A DNA stretch of 64,000 bases from Haplodiscus bocki (taxonomy: Eukaryota): assembly GCA_965655095.1 (NCBI GenBank), contig OZ296650.1, positions 108,128,001 to 108,192,000 on the forward strand, in the 5' to 3' direction. The notes under the pieces were generated by a model. It was not told the DNA's origin and made no database searches. It saw only the letters and a list, made by a program, of their open reading frames with translations. Below, one piece after another: positions 34,501 through 48,308 of this stretch. Both the position numbers and the translations under genes were made by a program. Positions within the stretch are counted from its first letter, which is position 1. Each line of letters starts with the position of its first letter.

Positions 34501-37500
34501 CTCTATGCGCGTGCATAGGGTTCCTCCATTACTCTTAATTCGTAGCAGTGTGGTGAAAACGAATTGAAAAGTTTCCAATGTTTAACCTATGTTTCAGTAT
34601 ACTCACTTGGGACACGAAAAAATATTCAATTTTTTGTTTGCGAGTCCTCAACGCAACTATGATGGTCCCTTTTGCACTACCACTGCAGCTTTGCTGCGCT
34701 TCGAAAACTATTTTGAAAATTTTCCGAAATGTCTCACGGCAATCCTTGTCGGAGGAAGAAGTCGCAAAATGTTGTACGAAAGAGTAAAAAAAACAAAACC
34801 GAGTAACACTACAAGTACTTCAGAAAAATAAAAATACGCGACAATAACAAGTATCTTCCAAAGGCCCCAAAAAAATTCGTTTCTTACCGTGTTAATCGCA
34901 CTGGTAGACCTGCTGGTGAAATAAATTTCAAGTTTGGCTCAAAAAAACCTTGACCTAGTCTTAAAGGCTCTCTACATTTAGAGCACATGCATGTAAAGCC
35001 CAATTTCAGCTGTATGATTTGCACTTAAGTAAAATGGAGCCAACAATGATAAAAGGAGCGGAACATTCTCATATGAGAGACTATAAGAAATGAACATTTT
35101 GGTTGTCAATTGATAAATCGTAATACTTTTTAACTATTCCAAGATGGTCAATAAGGAATGATTCGTAATGACACTATCGATGTCACAAAATTTCAATGAT
35201 CCCATTAAAAGAATATGCAATTTCACAGCTATGTTTTTAGTCGGTGCTTTTACTAAAATGTAGAAGTTCCCGACTATTACACTTGTTTTTTGTCTTTTTT
35301 TAGTAAGAAACCTGAGCTCCCTTTAAATCGATTCACTTTTAGGAACATCTGGGAAAATTTTTTCAAAGGCCTTCCAACTTTTCTAGGGAGGAAAAAAATT
35401 CGCAAAAAACCAGAGGCCCCCTCTACGAAGTTTTCCGGTACTGTGTGACAATTTCTCCGACTTAATTTGTGATAGATCCAGGTTACATACCATGAAGTTT
35501 CGGAAAAGCAAGTTCCAAAAATTTTCGAGATACTCTTTCAACGCAAGCATAATTATTATTGAAAACGCCAATACGTAAAATTTTGGTGATAACCCCACAT
35601 TTCCAGAAAACTCATAGGTTTCCAAAAAAACTCGAATACCAAGTATTTTCATACTGCCTTCTTCAACGCTCCAAAAGTTTTCTGATAATATACCTGCCAA
35701 AAATTTCGTAATACTCCTTTCCAATACCAAAAAAATCCGAAAGGCAAATACAACATTCTTAGCTTGTCAGATAGTGTAAAAGGTTCCCAAACTCCCTTCT
35801 GTGAACCTAAAACCTTTAGACGAAAAATCTTGGCATCTTTTCCAAAAATCCAAGTGTTCTCAAACAACAAAACCAACTCCGTCCTATGAGTATTTTAAGC
35901 TATACGGGTGGCACCAACTTGGACCGTCCCGGCTTGTTGAACCTTAACCCAACAGTGTTTGATCTTCCAAACTTCCTTCCTTAGAATTTTCAAAATAATA
36001 TTAATCTAAATCTCTAATTTTGATACTAAGGGTAATAGTTTTGCATGGAATAGAGAGAGTCTTAATGACAGCTTCAGCCGTAAAATCTATTGCAATGTTC
36101 TCCATGAGGTGCATAACTTCCGCGATAACATGGCCGCCCTGCATTCGCACATTTTCATATGACTATCAGTACTTGAGTCCGCTGCATGTCCAAAACTTAC
36201 TCTCACTTTTGATCAAGTGAGGTCCACACAAGACCAACAAAAACGAAATTGCACATCAAAACTCATCACAAGTGCTACTACAAAAAGTCAAATTGTCATT
36301 CTGTATAAATACAAGCTTCAAGATACACTGGTGATATAAACTGCTTCTTTCTTTCAATAGTTTCAGAGACCTCAACCCGGTCAATTAATTTCGATTGTTT
36401 TGCCTCTCATTCCAGTCACCAAAACCATTCTTGTTAAAACTTTGATATTTGACTAGAAACTTGAAAACAATGAGAAAAGTCGATTATTTGATCATCTTGT
36501 CTGTCACATAAGTATAGACGTCATTCAGATAGATCACCGTAAAGCTTTTATGATCTCTCAAAAGGAGAAAAGGCTCAAAATTGAAAACAAAAGCTCAGTT
36601 TGAAAATTCGGTCAAACTTTCTTCTGCACCTAGAGTTTGAAACAGAACCAAAAATTGTTGAGAGATAAAATGAGTTGTTATCATTTGAACTCTATCACTT
36701 TTTACTGTCCGGCCCTTCCTCCGCCTACCCCACCATGTTGCCGGACATTTTCGACCCCGCCGTGTCTCTTTCCATACCCCAAATCTTCGCCTCTTACCAC
36801 AACAAAGGCAGGTATTCGTTTCCAGTTTTTTGGGTGTTCCAAGTCACAGATAGTACTATGAAGATGGGGGATTATGAACTATTTTTGCAGCAATTATAGA
36901 AAACGAAGAGTGTAAAATTCAAAAATGACATCTACGGTAAATGGCAAAGCAAAACAATTTTGGAGAGCGTTTTGATAACGACATACTCCATTTTCCGATA
37001 GAAAATCCAATTTTGACAGAATTTTCAATTAAGTTCAATATATTTGTCAGTCCAGATACCGATTTAGCTAAATATAATAAGTGGCATTGAAATTTGCAGA
37101 ACACAGAAAATCGAAGTATCCTGAAAAAATCAGCACAACCAATGGATTCATACGAAGCAAATAGAGTGTGTCCTAGTTTGATTGGAAGGTGTCCATTCAA
37201 ACGTATGATATCTAGGGGCCTCATAGACAGTGCTATATGTGTGTGCATGCCACCCAACAGAACACCCTGGTATCTCACTCTGGATGAAGAGGCACTGCAA
37301 TTATTGAGGGAAGAACAAGACAAGATTTCAAACATTGGCTGCACCATTACAAGCCTCTTTGTAACTCTGGTAGGTGCTAATAAAAAACTAATGATATTTC
37401 CAACAGGCAAAAAAACATATTTCCACACAGATACAAAGTGGAACTTCGCAAAACATCGCGAAACAGTCGAATCAAACACAAATTTGGCATATTAAAGGTA

Positions 37501-37507
37501 CTGAGAG

Positions 37508-38320
37508 ACATTTGAACCTTAATTGGATACATGATTGACACTTTTAGAAACACTACACCATCCATCAAAAGTTTGTTCCAAAAAGTCCCATTGAGTACCT
37601 GTGACAGTGTCTTATAGTCAAAAATTTGATCAGTCCATCATGTCTTCCAAGAATCGCTATCTGATAGCCCAATATTCAAAAGACCCAGTAAACAACGCAA
37701 AAATGAACAATACTAAGTGTCCAAAAACGTTACCTGTAAAAAATTTATAGCTTCCAAAATGGCTAAAATTAGTCAAAACCGCTTCAAAAATTTTATTTCC
37801 CTTATCAATCATGAGGACTTGTGACTCTTAGTGGAAACGTCCAGAAGAAATGCATAATTTTGGTCCAATAAATGTAAACAACTTTATAATCTGAACCTTA
37901 ATTGATTATTTTCAAAATTTGAGATGCAGCGCATTTGCAAATTTTGATGATTGACAGACAGTATGTGCGACTTGAAAGGTTCCGATGTCTTGTTCAACTA
38001 ATATAAACCACTTTAATATCTGAGAACTAGAAACTTCTACATGTAAGGTTTCCTGCGGACACTTCCCACCACACTGTCTCATTCAACACATTATTATCTG
38101 AAACATTACCTATTAGAACGCTGTTGTTCATTTTCCAGACAAATTTCCAAATTTTTGCACTTTTCATCACGCAAAAAGAAACAAGTACATACCGAGACGT
38201 TTCAAAAGGGTCCTTTTTGACCGTTTAAACTAGATGACTAGATTCTCTGATGACGTCAAAAAATGCAAGTTTTGGACAAGATAAAAACCATGCACAAGCC
38301 GGTTTCAACTACATATTCTT
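37508..38320 (+). repeat. Dispersed repeat, longer copy of the 16005-16345 family
   Basis: The same two blocks in the same order as at 16.0-16.35 kb, with a longer spacer. Confidence 0.6.
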
Positions 38321-39239
38321 TTCAGTTAAAATCCGTAAAAAGGGGTCACAAGCAGAGCAGAACTTCGGGACGGTGCTGCCCAACCATCAAGCGCGAAACT
38401 TAGGCGCACCAAAATGGGCCCTCATGGACTCGATACCATAAGAGCCAGAACATTTGTCAAACAACCAATAAAAATTTACAGGTTTCGTCGACTTGGACCA
38501 TTTTTCGAAAATTCATGAAAATGCACATTGGTTTGATTGAAGGAATTCAGAAAAAAGCCAATTCTTGGGCTCCAACATCGAAGCAAAATCAATTAAAATG
38601 TTTGACGAATTAGAAACTATTAAAAAAATTCCCAAAATGACGGAATATTGAAGATAACAATTATTAGCCGGAATCAAAAACATTTTTCAGCTCCATGTCA
38701 TCGTAAGGCAAGTTTTGCGACGACAACCAATCCAAAATTAATGGAGACTACTCATAGTCTTTTTTGAAATAACCGACGCCGATTGTACCTTTCAAGCAAA
38801 ATTGAGGTGCTATTTGGCGGCTGAGTTTCCCAGTTCAGAAGTTTTGAATGTCGGAAAGTTCCATCAAAAAATAGACGTCGCATTTTCATTGTTTTTTTTT
38901 CAAGAAGTACACAGAAACAACTCCAGCTCCGTCAAAGTGTGACTATGATATGAGAAACGATTTCAGAAAATGACAAAAACTCAGCTCGCTTGAAATTTAG
39001 AAGCCAAGTTACAGCAGTTTGAAAAATTCTCCATTGGGACCAATTCTTTTTGCAATATATTTAGCAATCAAAAACAACCTAGGGAGTCCAAACCTTCAGA
39101 AATATTTCTGCAAGTCCTCAGCAATGTTTTCAAACGTTTTTTTTTTAAAATTCAAAACTTCATTTGGCCAGTGCGAAAAGTTTCAGTGTCGGAAAAGCTA
39201 ATTTGTAATCACTCATTCGCATGAAGTACTGAGAATTAT

Positions 39240-41970
39240 ACTCTTCAACCGGCCATGTGAGATTTATGAATATCTAATTTATCAATGTTTATTTAATTTT
39301 TTTTATATGTCGACTAATATATCGTAAAATGAAGGGTACCCGATGAATTATGAGAAAAAAACCTGAAAAGAGGCAGCCGGAGAGCTGAAAGTTGAAACAA
39401 TAAACAACTATGATTATTTAGAGAGCCCTGGACGATTACTCCCCTTTTGAGTGGGAGGAAATGTGGATGACTGCAAAGGAGGAACCCGAATACTTTTAAC
39501 CTTACGGTGAACCCTTGCATCAATTTGTAAGGATGATAACAAACCCAGACAGTAATGTTCCCAATGTTTTTCTAACCGTTCCATAATTTCTTGGGGGCAG
39601 CCTTTTGCAGGAGAAAATATCCACTCCCATTATGCCGATGAATCTTTCAAAAAAATTTCGCGCCACTTACCACGGCGCACCCCAAAAGTAAACTCATCCA
39701 ATGTTTGAATGAATATCTCTTGATTTGTAAAAGTAGCAGCGCCCCATCCTGATGAACTTGTAGGCGAACCGGTAGCCAGAGTCAAAACAGCATGAGCGAG
39801 GAGATGGGGAAGGTAAATTAAATCGCCGGGACGCTGGATTGTAAAATGTAAAGAACGCGCCTCACGTTCACGTGGACCGCGCTCAACTAAGTCCATAAAA
39901 CCTTCGGGGGAGTAGAGACAATGCTTGAAAACGCGTGTACCGGCAGATGAAGTTGCGCTCTCCAAAATTTTATTCTCCTATTTAACAGGGCGAAGCACCA
40001 CCAGCGATTTCTGTGTGAGCAAAAGTGAACACCGTTCCTTTTCTTAATAGACCCATGCAACAGAAAACCACTGGATCAGTCAAACAACATCGGGAAAAGC
40101 AATGACGGAAATCCTTGTCAACTTGCGTGGAATCGAAGAAATTACAGGTGACGGCATATTTGGGACTTTTGGTAATTTTGGTTAAAAGACGTGGAGGGAT
40201 AACATTTACATGCTCCTTAGTCAAAATAGACCGATCACAGAACAGTTTTGATACGCTCGTAGGCTTTACAATAACACCCGATAAGAGATAAGGCATGGGC
40301 GAGTGTTTAAAATAGAACTAAATCAGAAATAATAGTGAAAGAAAAACAGCAAAAATGTTTTCATTCAGCTCGGAAACATTTGAACCAGGTGCTTCAAGAG
40401 AAGAAAAAGAAGAGAGTTTATATGTAGACTCCAGCTCAATTAGCGGACCCATAGTTGCAGAAGCGTCTTTTCTGTGTATAAATGAATGAATTTAGTGAAT
40501 TTAGCAGTGAGAATAATACGTGAAAAGTAGTTAGTGAGATGAATGAATACTAGTTCAAGTGAAAACAAACAGCGCTGAGAGTATTAGTTACCTTTGACTG
40601 AGCTTCGGTAAGTGTGTTAACATGGCAAAGCCGCCGCAGCTCCAATTTTGTACCACCGTAAAATTCGATCTCGAACTTCAACGACATTTTCATCAAAGAC
40701 TGATAAAGATAGACAGAAAATTATTTTCCTTATTTTCAGATAGACGATAATAATGTAAAAAATATCAAAATCATAAAACCAAAAGTTAATGAAAAACGAC
40801 CTCGAAAAATATTAGAGTCCGGAAAATAGCAAAAATGTGAATTCTCAGCTAAGTTACAACGTTAAATTAGAACAAGAAAGAGAGAAAGCAAATCGTTGAG
40901 CACAAAAGTATTACAAGATGAATGAAAGAGAAACGCTTCGGTACAAGCTGCACGGCCGAAACCACTATGTGTATTAGCATAATAACGCTGCCGCATCCCA
41001 AAAGTGGCAACTTCATTTAATAAGGTCTCAAAAAGCGTCCACAAACCTCGAAACTTAAAAAACAACATCGAAATACTGTTTGCACCAATGATAACTACAT
41101 CCAACGGGGAGCTTAATTTTGGAATACCAAGAAAATCGGAAAAAAAAAGAAAAAAGTACAACTATAACAATGATCAAAATCTGAAAATTCAGTTCACTTA
41201 AAAATTTATTCTGAAAGCTTAAGGCAGCCAAAAGCTTGAAACAGTCTTAGAAATATTTTGTAATGGCCAACAGCCTTGAGAAGATGAATCGTTTATCTTC
41301 AATCATTTGAGGGAACGAAACTTGCAAACTTCCCAGAATCGCAGTTTTTTGCCATCAGTCAACGAAAAGCACATTAAAAAAATCGAACGGTTTACTAGGC
41401 ATCGAAAGCGTATCGGAATACTGACAGAAAAATGACGTTAGAATGAGCCTACACAGCGAAAACTTCACGCCCCGCTGAGTTACAATTAGCTAAACTAATG
41501 GACTTCTGAAAAAATCAACTATCAAAAGGGGTAGCCTCCCCCTCCCCGCCCACACACACGCGCCTTTCAAGTATACGACGCGCAAATTTACACCCAATGG
41601 TCAAAAAAACCTCCCATAAAACACGTTGTGAGAATATAACACGCTGCGGGAATTTGTCAAAAATGGCAAAAAACGGGTAATTTTGCGAGAAATCGAAAAA
41701 CTCTTTGCTGAGACTAGCTAAAAAACTCATTTTCGCGTTAAAATGCTCGTCCTCCCAGTGTACTAACAAGAAAGTACCACCCGCCTGGAAAAATTGAACG
41801 CTGAGGAAAATGACCTCGAAACTACCAAAAATCGACTTTTCGGATATAAAAAATACTACCTGCAGAAAAAACGCAATTTGAGCCATGAAAATTAAAAAAA
41901 CAAAAACGACAAAGTATATGTCACTAGAACATACAATGGAAACAGCGCGCAATGACGTGCTCAAACTATT
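39240..41970 (-). mobile_element. Probable second Polinton-like fragment carrying the JmjC-like gene
   Basis: Decayed intronless ORFs followed by a CpG-rich non-coding tract ending gacgtgctcaaACTATT (41970), one mismatch from ACTACT. No hallmark capsid or integrase genes seen here. Confidence 0.4.
39415..40296 (-). pseudogene. JmjC/cupin-like 2-oxoglutarate oxygenase pseudogene of probable viral/Polinton origin
   Basis: Intronless and frameshifted. FTFAHTEIAGGAS (HxE) and TIQRPGDLIYLPHLLAHAVLTL (JmjC Q.PGD..Y.P....H.V motif). Confidence 0.6.
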
Positions 41971-42494
41971 CCCCGGCGTTTATACTAGGCACAATGTATC
42001 TTTGAATTTTCGATAAAAATTACCTTTTGCGGACTTTCATTTTTGCATGACTTTTACGACGAAGATGACGAAGCTAGCTAGGAAACAATATTTACTCACT
42101 CATTTTGGGAGGAAACACTTTTTATCAACCAAAATGAAGGCGGAAAGATGAGCCCAGAGAACTTGACCATGAAAATTTGCACTTAAAGGAATTCAAACGA
42201 AATGATGGATTAACAGTTAATTGACTCTATTGATGATTTTTTCAATGGTGGGGACCACTAAGCGTCTAGTCATTATCTTGAAATCAACTCCCAATGGATG
42301 CCCGAGAAATAGCTAAAACAGAAATTTCAATTCCTAATACATGAAGAACATGAGCAACAGTGTTATTGAAAACGAGTGAAACGATTAACTAAAAAGACTA
42401 ACTAGATGAAAAGACACCTGAAGACAAATGACAAAAAGTAATATCTTCTGTGCACAAAGAGATTTGAAATCTACAGTAAGGTTTGAATCTTTGC

Positions 42495-42966
42495 TGTCAC
42501 CAATAAAAGAATATGTATTTTCTTCAGGCGCTGGAGACCTGACGTTTTCTTGTATCGACTGTTCGGTAATCCGAGATAACTAAAAGGGGAAAGTGGACTT
42601 CGCCAAACTCTTTAGAGATGTTGTCCTTTAACGCCGTGAGATGCGGGTTAGAGCGCTCGGTGTCCCAGCGGTGGCTAAACCGTGGAGTCGTACCCCAGCA
42701 GTGGTCGTGCCGTGGATTTAATTCCTCAGCCGTGGTTGAAAGTAGATTAGTTAGAGTAAGCCGCTCAGTCGTGGCTGAACGTGGATAGCAGTCCAGGACT
42801 GTTTTCCTCCACGCCAAGAACGTTAGAGAATTGTGGCGAGTTATTAAAGTACAATTTCTTCTGGTTCCCAATCTTTCGTTGATTGAGTACACTTCAATTC
42901 TTGCCTCTGGGGAAGCCTGTATTTATTACCCCCTATTATCTGATTTGTTTATAGGTTCTGTGAACA
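42495..42966 (+). mobile_element. Possible solo LTR
   Basis: GC-richer ~470-bp island bounded by TGTCAC...GTGAACA, with ATTAAA at 42843-42848. No TSD detected. Confidence 0.35.
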
Positions 42967-45900
42967 AAAATTACTGAAAGTATTCTTCAGTGAAAACATA
43001 TTAATCGTTGTTGGGAGTATTTTTCAGGGTGATTGTAATATTTTAGTACTTTTGTGATTTATTCGACTTTGAGGTAGTTTCTCATAAAAGAGCATTCCAA
43101 TTAGCATTCATGAGCTACGAGACACCCTTCAAACAAAGAATCAAGATAGAACCGCATTTCTTTCCGCATCCTACTCCCACTGCTTCTGAATTGAAGGACT
43201 TGTCTTTTTTTGCAGTTGAAAATTATTTGTGGATGCTCCGAAGAGCGTCCGTCTTCCTTGGATCTGCTTCACGTGTTCAATGGAGCAGTGGTGGAGCAAT
43301 TTAAAGATATTAGAAAAAGTCCTCAGTGATTCAATCTTCCTCAATTGTTGAAGCTACTTTTCAAAATTCTATTCAAAAAATTTCAAACAACTAAGAGTCA
43401 CCAAGAAAAAAGTGAACGGAAATGAACGAAAGTACATGCAGACGTTCGTTTACTAGCTAAGTAGTATTATATTGAAATCATTCCGCACAGTTGAAGGTCA
43501 TTTCTGTCGCTCAAGCCACCCAGTCACGAATCGATTTGTGGATACTGGACGGCAAAAAGTAAAATTGGTGGCCGAAAATCGACTATAGCTTAATGCTTAA
43601 GAAAGCGCCAAACTTTGAAATATCAAATATGGTGAAAAATCTCAATTTTTACAGCTGCTGCTCAAGTTTTTGCGAAACTCAAATACGCCCGAGTCTGGTC
43701 TAAGAATTGCTGAAATACATACAAACAACTACAAAATTTCAATTATTTCCCTCACATAGTCCTAATTTCAATAACTACAACGAACAGGTAATTAAAACGA
43801 AAAAAATACGGACTTTTTGGAAAACGGACGGAGTTGCGGATTAGCAACAATTTATATGTTAAAAAATTGGAGTCCACAGCTCAACTTGGTGCAACTGGAA
43901 CATTTACGTTAAAAATACACGTTGCCAGGTACAGATTTCCCTTCCATGTTAAGCCAAGTCCGGGCGTATGAAAGAGCCTCTGGTGCTCCTAGCTGAAGCT
44001 TGCTTGAAAAAAAATCTACACATTTTCAGTTGGTGCCTATAATGCTAATTCACAATTGCCGCTTCTTTGACATTTTTGGGTTGGTTTTTTGTAATTAGAT
44101 TGGAATAATGGTTGCATTGATGGAAGTTATGACTCATCCTGCTTATCCCAGCCCAATCAATTACAAACAAAAGCAAACTTCTGTTTCTGAGGGTCTTTTT
44201 CCTGTTTCGTTATGTTTGATTGATTCCGAAAAAAATCGGTTGCCCTCAATTGTGAACGAAAAGTCTGTCGAGGTTAAATTAATTAAGAAGTTTTTTCACC
44301 AATTACATTTTTAAAAATTTTTTTTCTAAAGCTTGATGGAAATAGATTCCGAATTTTAGACTGGAGATCTTTGCTACCAACCTCGGAAATGAGCTGTACG
44401 AGCGTGACGAAGCCGGAAGCAAGAACCAATCCAAGCGAAGAACAACACCAGCCAATGGTATTGAGCGATAGAGGATTGAGCTTTTACCCAATGCAGCAAA
44501 ACTTGAGAGCCGGAGACGTGGATACTAAAAAGTTTCATAGTTTGGCGTAGAAAGCGTATTTGAACCTCAAAAAACACTATGCATGTCATTTCTGAGCACA
44601 GCCTAATTTTAAATGATTCGCTATGTAATGCTTCATATGATTTCAATGCTTCCAAAACGTGAATGTTTCAACATAGCTTCTGTTTCAAATGACAATTTCT
44701 TGAACATCCGTAATCCAAGAAACAATTTAGCAAGACGGTCGAACACCACCGGCATATTTTCCGCCCTCCAGTTTTGTTACAGATACGCTCTAGAAATGTT
44801 ATCTATGGAAAAAATACTCTCTTATACGCACTCTTTGGCAAATTTGCAACTTTTTCGAATTTCCGGATTTGCCAAATAAACCCTAATTTTTCGGGTGAAA
44901 GAGGCATTTTAGGAAATAGTACCATTTATACGCTTCCTACAGCAAATTTGCCGTAACTTTTCCCGATTTCGAAAAAAAAAGTTCAAACTCAGCATTTCGT
45001 GCAATTGGCAAGCAAACGTTAGAAAATGCACGCGGCGAGAGGATAATTTTTTTCCATAATTATATGGACGGAAAATAGAGCACATCCACGCAGTAACCAA
45101 TTAAATAAACTAATTACAACATTTTGATAAATCCGTCTCAGGTCAGATAACCTCTAGAATTTGAGCCCTCATAAATGACACTGTAAAAACAATAAAGGTA
45201 TTTAAAATTTTCACAGAGCTAACTACAAAAATTACAGATGTTCATATATTCTGCAATTAATTTGACAAAACGAATAAAGTATCAATTTGGAAAAGAAATA
45301 CAAAAAAACTTTTGGTTCAAACCAAATATTCTTCACCTCTCAATTCTAATGATCTTATCGACCAGCCGGAATAGAAAAGTACCAAGGTTTTCCTGAGGTT
45401 CCATGAATGTAAACGCGTTTTTCACATAATTCCCGAGTTTTTTAGGATTCGATTTTCCTCATGAACTATTAATCAGATTACAGCAAAAACCGCTTTCAAT
45501 TCAGCTATTCACAGTTCAAAAAATCAACAAAAAAAGTTCGATTTAAACTTCACAACTTAAACAATTTGTATAGAAAAATGATATTTTCGCAAGTTAGTTT
45601 CTTGAATATCGTTTTTTATTTCCGGCCCTACTTGGCTAATTGAAGTTCCAGGAATTTGGAAAGTCGGCTGAAAGCCATGGATCTCCATTTTAGTTTTTTA
45701 GGCTGAAACGTGTTTTCAATATATATTGCAATCATCGATAAAACTAAGTGCACTTCGGGAAATCTGGTGGAGCCAGAAGTGTCCAATTGTGATCATTATC
45801 CCAGAAAATACTCAGACATTTCAGATTATTTTCAGAATATTTTCGAAAGTGATTTTATTCAATTCTTTTATCCTCAGCTGAATTAACGAACTTTGTTCCA

Positions 45901-48308
45901 AGTAATCGCCATTCAAGCAGTCTATTGGAAGCAAGCTATCTCCAATATAAATCAGTTTGACATTCGAAACTTCCACAACTTCTGAACAAAAGTAGGTTTC
46001 CGAAGATTTTCGTCAACTTTGCGCGAATTCCAAGCATACACTCTCACCTCAGCTACCCACAATTGGAATGGAAAATCAACGAGCATTGCATCTCCATATT
46101 TTACGTTACCCGGAAGGATTCAGATTTTAAAGTCATACATTTGATAGGTTCTCAGCGGATTCATACATTCGAGAGTGATTTTCTCGAACACTTTTAATCG
46201 AAGAAGGGTTCAATCAATGCTCCTATCACTTTGGCAGCTTTGCGAAACTTCGGTCCACCTCTATGATTTACAATTGCGATGCAACTATAGCACGCCGAGC
46301 AAGGGTATTACGGTCGACGTCAAGTTTTCAATTTTCTTGCAGTCCTCCAAAAATTTCGTGCTCTACTTGAACCAGCAGCCTGCAATTCTTAAACCAGAAC
46401 GTTCATTCTATGATTCCACTATACGCTCCAGCAATCCTACGAATTCTTTCAGCGCATTAAAAGGCAGCTGTATTTCGTATAACAGCTGGCCTTCTTGCGA
46501 AATTAAAAAGTCCTGTTCAAGCGTAATTCAATCGTTTTCATCTCGGTTGAATACCAATTAGATTGCAACGTTTTAGAGATTCATCAGGGATCGAGCAAAT
46601 AGAATGTTAGTGTAGTGTCGGACAGCAATTTTTATGATTTTTCCGGAAAATGTATTCATTTATCATTCGCAAATTTAGTAGTTTTCACTTGCATCAATAA
46701 TTAAAACATTTTTTTTTCGGTCGGACTGTGCCCATATAGCGCTAATTCAACTCCTTACGGCTTGGATTGTCTACTTTGTAATTGTATTACCTGTTTTTGA
46801 GAAACATATGCCATTTATACTGGAGTTGGTCGTTCGCTAGAGATACAATTAGGCCAATCTAGCGCTTTTTAGACAGCTCCTGCTCAGGATGTCAGAGTAC
46901 CATGAAATGTCTGTTTCACTTGTTGTTTTTTTTACATGGCAAGGCAGTTCAACCCCTCGAATTTCAGCATAGAGAATGATCGTTTTATACAATGAAAAGG
47001 AAGAAACGAATTGTTAAATTCAGAATCAAATGATTTTTCAATGACGTCAATCGTCGAAAATGTTGTTCTTGACAGTTGTTCGATTGCATCCATCCAGTGT
47101 TACTCCGATTTCCTATTGGTTGTACGACACGCGAGATAACACAGGCAGTTGCTTTTATACTTCTTCAGCCAAAGACCTGAATGTCCAAGTGGAAAATGCG
47201 AAGTTTATCCCGCGTCTTCCTTCCAAATCTTGTTTCTTCGTGAGTAAAGGTCAGAGTGCAGCAATCCAATGCTCAATCTAATGCAGTTGCCTCAGCAACT
47301 GGTGGAGTTCTAGCGATTGTGTGCTTTGCATAATTTTTCGCCACAGAGAATCCGAAGTTTCTATCAGCGATGGTGCTAAAGACAATGTGCGAATTTTCCT
47401 TGATGTTGTCGTTTCAAATCCGAGTTTCTTGTTTTCTCGGTATTTTAAAACAATTTTCGTGGAAAAGATTCACAACTGCTTGTGAAGGAAAGCTTCGCGT
47501 CTGCGTATTATCGAAGCTGGCAACGCTAGTTCAAAACGGTTGAATTAGCCGTAAAAAACTTCCCTTATTAATTATTAATGCTTCGTGGATTGGCTTATTC
47601 ATTGATTGATTGGCTTCATGAGTCGTTGTTTGTTTTCTTGCTTCGCATAGAGTGGTCAGAAGTGATCGATTTTGATGAAAATGAAAACAGTCGTTTTCCT
47701 AAGTACAGAAACTGAGATAGAAAGAATGAAGAAGGGACGGCAGAGTAATTTACCCTGAACTGTTTACAGACGCAAGATTTTAATTCAAGTGTTCATCAGA
47801 TTGCCGTTGTTCACTTTTATTTCAGTTACTCGCAGTTCAGTAATTCTGCTGAAAGCCAGGGAAGTCCTTTTTCCTTTATTATGTGGCAAATGTCTCATGT
47901 TAAACTCCGAAACTGATATACGACTCTCAGCGGAACGATATTTTTGATTTTTTTTTCACTACCATTGATTGGATTTCAACCCTCCGGTGTCGATTGAAAC
48001 ATCCGCAATCATTAAAATTGTCCATGGAGCTCCATTTCCAGAGTTCCAGAGCTAAACAAAAAATTCGAAGTGATTCAAAAATCAGCTGAATGATTTTCTT
48101 GACACTGTTGATCGGGTGAAAGTTCAATTGTAGCTCCTATCCTGTTTGCACTTTAGCGACCGTAAATTGCAAATTTACGGCTACAGTGGTAATTCTTTTC
48201 TGACAATGAACACTTCTACAAACTGCACGTGCACGATGGAAACAATTTTTGTTCTTTTTGACTCGGTTTGTCTTTTGAGCCATCGCTCTGAACGCAGTGG
48301 TCCTTGTC

